Sequence record: SRR31156797_4877
Strand: one strand, 5' to 3'
DNA: 33,620 nucleotides
A program made the translations under genes and the position numbers. Shown here piece by piece: positions 29,507 through 33,620 of the stretch. Within the stretch, counting starts at the first letter, position 1; the number at the start of each line of letters is the position of its first letter. The notes under the pieces are model-generated. The model was given only the letters and a program-made list of their open reading frames with translations. It ran no database searches and was not told the DNA's origin.

Positions 29507-30400
29507 CTAACCACCTACACTCTTCTTTATTGGTATTGAAACATTTAACTCATATTGATGCACTACATGCTTTGGTTGCGTGTAATACTGAATAAGCCCT
29601 ATATTTAACCCTACATGCACACCATGCGCTTTCCAAAAATTCACTCCTGTTTTAAAATAAGAGCCTTTATTATTTTCACCTTCTGCATAAATAAAAGTAT
29701 CTCCTGCAAATATTGCTATTCCTTTGTTTTTGCCTAAACGAAAGTTATAGTTCAGTTTAGCACTTAGTTTTACAGCATGTTTTTGGGATGGTTGAACCAG
29801 ATCATTCCAGCCTCCTCCCCCAAGGCAAAAAAGACCAATTAAGTTGTGTTTTTGATTGTTATGGATGGTGTATACTGCATTTACAGTCCCCAAAAGTTTA
29901 AGAACATCTGTAAACTGACGGCTTTTGTTATCCGTGGGAGCGGTATGCATTTCTGCTGTCAGGTATGCAAATAAACGATCATTTGTGGCACTTTTTAAAA
30001 ACTGATCTAAGAACCGAATATTAAAGATCAAATCAATATCTCCTAACTCGTGACCTGAGTAGTTAGTCATTCCTAGCTTATCTCCAACTTGTGAGTCTAC
30101 ATGAAAATGATGATAAGGCATTCGAACTGTCAAAGAGTGATGGCTTCCCAATGGAATGTCAGCTCTAAAATATTGTGTGAAAAAAGTACTTTGTTGCGTA
30201 TTGGTACTCATCCGTGAAGAAAGCTCTACCTGAGGATAATCTATAGATCTGTCATCAGGTAATCTCCAAAAACTATCAAAGGCAATTGGTCCATAATCAA
30301 CAAAAGCAATTGGTTTATGAACCTGCTTATTTTGTGCATCATTAATCGCCGGATATAACAACACAATAATACCCAGTATAACACGAATAGTTGTTTTCAC
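29507..30400 (-). CDS. Hypothetical secreted, probable beta-barrel protein
   Basis: 297 aa, GTG start, signal peptide, amphipathic strands, LTVRMPY...LGDIDLIFNIRF. Confidence 0.6.
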   Translation of the reverse strand: MKTTIRVILGIIVLLYPAINDAQNKQVHKPIAFVDYGPIAFDSFWRLPDDRSIDYPQVELSSRMSTNTQQSTFFTQYFRADIPLGSHHSLTVRMPYHHFHVDSQVGDKLGMTNYSGHELGDIDLIFNIRFLDQFLKSATNDRLFAYLTAEMHTAPTDNKSRQFTDVLKLLGTVNAVYTIHNNQKHNLIGLFCLGGGGWNDLVQPSQKHAVKLSAKLNYNFRLGKNKGIAIFAGDTFIYAEGENNKGSYFKTGVNFWKAHGVHVGLNIGLIQYYTQPKHVVHQYELNVSIPIKKSVGG

Positions 30401-30512
30401 GGTAATTCTTTAGTACATACAACAATCCCAAATATGAAATCGTTGACTAAATCAAATATTCTATTATTTGACCTTTTGAGTAAAAGAATTAATTGCTTAA
30501 ATCTAACAAGTC

Positions 30513-31373
30513 TTATTTATTACATAACTCTTCATTTCCGGCAAGAATATGATCAAGTAAGTTATCCGGAACATAAAGGTCACCGCTTCCTACCCCCAAC
30601 TTAACATGAGCCCTGGTTGCACCATGAAAATCCGAACCACCGGATTTTATAAAACCAAATTCTTCAATATACTTTGCACAGCGTGATTTGTCTTCTTTTG
30701 TAAAAGAGGGATAATGATATTCCATACCATCTAAGCCCCATGCTTTAAGTTTTGTGAGATATGAATGAATTTCCTTTTCAGAATAACCTTTGAATCCAAT
30801 ATTTAAATGAAAATGCGCCAAAAATGCTTTGCCTCCACCTGCATGTATAGCCTTAAATGCGTCTTTCGGTTTTATTAATTCACCTTCGATATAATCAATT
30901 TTATCCAAATAGTTAATCCAGGACTCTTTTACATTCTTCGTATAGCCTTTGGCAACCAAGCATTTTGCAATAGCCTGTCTATCCATAAATTCGCCGGTAA
31001 TAAATGGCTGCACAACACTTGGGTCAATATCAATTCCCAAAGATCGTAATCCCTCAAAAACAACAAACAGCTTCTCTGACCGCTCTTTCCGATAGCAATT
31101 ATATAACTTTAAAAAGTGTTCATTTTTAGGATCAATTCCCAGTCCCAACACATGCAATATGCGATTTTCTCCAAACGCCACACTAAATTCAATCCCTTTA
31201 ACAAGCAAGATATCCAATTTATCAGCTTCTTTCTGTGCTTCTTCAAGGCCATCAATAGTATCATGATCTGTAACCGCTATGGCAAACAGTCCGGCTACTT
31301 TGGCTTGTTGGATTAGTTCTTTAGGGCTTAATGTTCCATCAGAGGTTGTTGTATGTGCATGTAAATCTATCAT
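30513..31373 (-). CDS. PHP-domain metal-dependent phosphoesterase (TrpH/YciV-like)
   Basis: IDLHAHTTTSDG, TDHDT, GIEFS, HVLG, LAH, GGSDFHG; start ATG 31373 (or 31385). Confidence 0.9.
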   Translation of the reverse strand: MIDLHAHTTTSDGTLSPKELIQQAKVAGLFAIAVTDHDTIDGLEEAQKEADKLDILLVKGIEFSVAFGENRILHVLGLGIDPKNEHFLKLYNCYRKERSEKLFVVFEGLRSLGIDIDPSVVQPFITGEFMDRQAIAKCLVAKGYTKNVKESWINYLDKIDYIEGELIKPKDAFKAIHAGGGKAFLAHFHLNIGFKGYSEKEIHSYLTKLKAWGLDGMEYHYPSFTKEDKSRCAKYIEEFGFIKSGGSDFHGATRAHVKLGVGSGDLYVPDNLLDHILAGNEELCNK

Positions 31374-31515
31374 GGTAATTGTCATTAAACAAAGAAGGCA
31401 TAAAAATACACATATGATATCGCTTAGGGCAAAACTAAACATTTAAAAAACATTAAGTTTTTGCTTCAATTAGGTGGATTAAACTCGTAATATGCATACT
31501 TCTATCAGAATCAAG

Positions 31516-31523
31516 TATATTTG
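31516..31523 (+). promoter_or_regulatory. -7 promoter element (TATATTTG)
   Basis: Consensus TAnnTTTG 18 nt upstream of ATG 31542. Confidence 0.55.
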
Positions 31524-31541
31524 CACGCAAACTTGTGAGAT

Positions 31542-32318
31542 ATGAATACGGCTTTGTATTATTTTTCGGGTACGGGTAATAGTTTAAGTGTGGCACGATC
31601 TTTAAAAAGCCATATAAAAGGAAGTGAATTATATTCTATAATTGCTTGTACAAAGCTGGAATCATTTGAAATTACAGCAGAAAGAGTTGGCTTTGTTTTT
31701 CCAATTCATTTTATGACTGTGCCCCGAATTGTCATTGAATTTTTAGAGAAAGCCAGATTTGATCATCCCAAACACGTGTTTGTTATTGTTACTGGTTCCA
31801 ATCCAAAGCTTGGCAACGCTCTTTCGCAGGTTGAGAAATATCTGGATAAGAAAAACGTAAAACTCAATGCTGGGTATTTTATTCCGATGGTGGCTGCGCA
31901 CTTTCCTTACTTGAAATTTTCTATAGAAAAACTTCCCGATCAATTATATAAGGAGGCAGAAGAAAAACTGTTACATATAAGCGAAAGTATTATTCACCAG
32001 AAAAATGAATTTGATAAAGAAATTAAGATCATAGGAACTATCAAACAATTGATCTCAAAAGAATCAAATAGGAAAAAAAAGCATTTTAAAGTAGGCGAAG
32101 GCTGTATACGCTGTGGTTATTGTATGCAGGTATGTCCTTTTCAGAATATCCGGTTGCATGGTAAAAAAATACAATGGATGGATAACTGTCATTATTGTTT
32201 TGCATGCCTACACTTTTGCTCAAAATCAGTTATAGAATACAAAAAAATATCAGTAGGCCAGGCACGCTACCATCATCCGGCCATTGAGCTTAATGACATT
32301 TCGATGCAGAGAGGGTAA
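31542..32318 (+). CDS. EFR1-like flavodoxin-fold / 4Fe-4S ferredoxin fusion
   Basis: YFSGTGNS, GFVFPIH; CIRCGYCMQVCP and CHYCFACLHFC; RYHHP. Confidence 0.88.
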   Translation: MNTALYYFSGTGNSLSVARSLKSHIKGSELYSIIACTKLESFEITAERVGFVFPIHFMTVPRIVIEFLEKARFDHPKHVFVIVTGSNPKLGNALSQVEKYLDKKNVKLNAGYFIPMVAAHFPYLKFSIEKLPDQLYKEAEEKLLHISESIIHQKNEFDKEIKIIGTIKQLISKESNRKKKHFKVGEGCIRCGYCMQVCPFQNIRLHGKKIQWMDNCHYCFACLHFCSKSVIEYKKISVGQARYHHPAIELNDISMQRG

Positions 32319-32423
32319 TTCAAGTATATTAGAAAAAATCAATTGATTATTTCTATTATCGAGGTTTAAATTCAGATTCTAAAAGGAATTCACAACTACA
32401 AGTCCTACATATTTTAAAAAGCT

Positions 32424-32431
32424 TATCTTTG
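32424..32431 (+). promoter_or_regulatory. -7 promoter element (TATCTTTG) of metG
   Basis: Consensus TAnnTTTG 64 nt upstream of the metG ATG. Confidence 0.6.
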
Positions 32432-32495
32432 CGCCATATTTATAACCGGGTTTCTTCCGGATTTCGATTTTACAAAGCAATAAGCGATTAAAACA

Positions 32496-33620
32496 ATGGA
32501 TAATTACAAAAGAACACTCATTACAACAGCTCTACCATACGCCAACGGACCAGTACATATTGGTCACCTTGCCGGTGTTTATGTACCTGCAGATATTTAT
32601 GCCCGATACCTAAGAATGAAAGGTGAAGATGTATTGTTGATTGGAGGAAGTGATGAGCATGGTGTACCCATTACGCTTAAGGCTAAAAATGAAGGAGTAA
32701 CGCCTCAGGATATTGTGGATAGATATCATGGCATCATTAAAAAATCATTTGCAGATTTTGGAATGACCTTCGATGTTTATTCACGAACTACAACAGAGAC
32801 ACACTACGGAACCGCTTCTGATTTTTTTAAAACACTTTATGAAAAAGGTGAGTTTTTAGAGAAAGAATCAGATCAATATTACGACGACGAAGCTAAGCAA
32901 TTTTTAGCCGATAGATATATTACAGGAACTTGTCCTCATTGTGGTAACGATGGTGCTTATGGCGATCAGTGTGAAAGCTGTGGAACATCTTTAAATGCTA
33001 CTGATTTAAAAAATCCTGTTTCTGTTATTTCGGGAAGCGTACCTGTTATTAAAAAAACAAAACACTGGTATTTGCCTTTAGACAAGCACGAACCATTCTT
33101 GAAAAAATGGATTTTAGAAGATCATAAAGAGTGGAAAGCGAATGTTTACGGTCAATGTAAGTCGTGGATTGACCAGGGGCTTCAGCCGCGCGCAGTAAGT
33201 AGAGACTTAGATTGGGGAGTTCCTGTTCCCGTAGAAGGTGCAGATGGAAAAGTTCTTTACGTATGGTTTGATGCGCCAATAGGATATATTTCGGCAACTA
33301 AAGAGCTAACGCCTGAATGGGAAAAGTATTGGAAAGATCCGGAAAGTAGAATGCTTCATTTTATCGGAAAAGACAACATTGTTTTTCACTGTATTGTTTT
33401 TCCATCTATGTTAAAAGCAGAGGGTTCATTTAACCTTCCTGAAAACGTTCCGGCCAACGAATTTTTAAATCTGGAAGGAGATAAAATATCTACCTCACGT
33501 AATTGGGCTGTTTGGTTGCACGAGTATTTGGAAGAATTCAAAGACCAACAGGATGTATTGCGTTATGTTTTATGTGCAAATGCACCTGAGACAAAAGACA
33601 ACGATTTTACCTGGAAAGAT
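32496..33620 (+). CDS. metG: Methionine--tRNA ligase (partial; runs off the window end, not in ORF track)
   Basis: [24 protein letters not shown] (HIGH), GSDEHG, CPHC...GDQCESC knuckle, [24 protein letters not shown] (KMSKS-type). Confidence 0.97.
   Translation, partial: MDNYKRTLITTALPYANGPVHIGHLAGVYVPADIYARYLRMKGEDVLLIGGSDEHGVPITLKAKNEGVTPQDIVDRYHGIIKKSFADFGMTFDVYSRTTTETHYGTASDFFKTLYEKGEFLEKESDQYYDDEAKQFLADRYITGTCPHCGNDGAYGDQCESCGTSLNATDLKNPVSVISGSVPVIKKTKHWYLPLDKHEPFLKKWILEDHKEWKANVYGQCKSWIDQGLQPRAVSRDLDWGVPVPVEGADGKVLYVWFDAPIGYISATKELTPEWEKYWKDPESRMLHFIGKDNIVFHCIVFPSMLKAEGSFNLPENVPANEFLNLEGDKISTSRNWAVWLHEYLEEFKDQQDVLRYVLCANAPETKDNDFTWKD

Noticed and set aside
31374-31442. Cys-rich hydrophobic N-terminal extension on the PHP protein
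   Set aside because: Artefact of longest-ORF calling; the family starts at MIDLHAHT

Overview
AT-rich Bacteroidota chromosomal segment. The assignment rests on TAnnTTTG -7 promoter boxes, a TonB-dependent receptor with partner lipoproteins and a DUF6452/DUF6048-like pair; a Marinilabiliales/Bacteroidales-type organism is my inference. The left half is mostly housekeeping: a Spy/DUF4890-like protein, cysteine hydrolase, rlpA, MscS, a two-subunit M16 peptidase, an ABC-F ATPase, and a TPP-riboswitch-controlled thiS-thiC-thiD-thiG-thiH-thiF operon with no thiE. Next come a ModA-like binding lipoprotein sitting beside a hybrid histidine kinase rather than ABC permease genes, and an LPG-synthase/UPF0104 membrane protein. 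The most interesting locus (20715-25384) is a probable metal-uptake operon with several possible control layers: a palindromic operator over the promoter; a Fur-family gene split by a -1 frameshift at A_AAG_GGG; an overlapping small exported ORF with a His cluster, CxxC and a C-terminal RAPP ribosome-arrest-type motif (DUF2946/CruR-like); then a TonB-dependent receptor and two His/acid-rich DUF4625-like lipoproteins. The right end holds a LytS/LytTR pair with a candidate target promoter, two uncharacterised secreted proteins, a PHP phosphoesterase, an EFR1-like flavodoxin-ferredoxin and the 5' part of metG (missing from the ORF track). No rRNA, tRNA, CRISPR array, transposase or integrase was seen. 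All family assignments come from motif recognition, not database searches.
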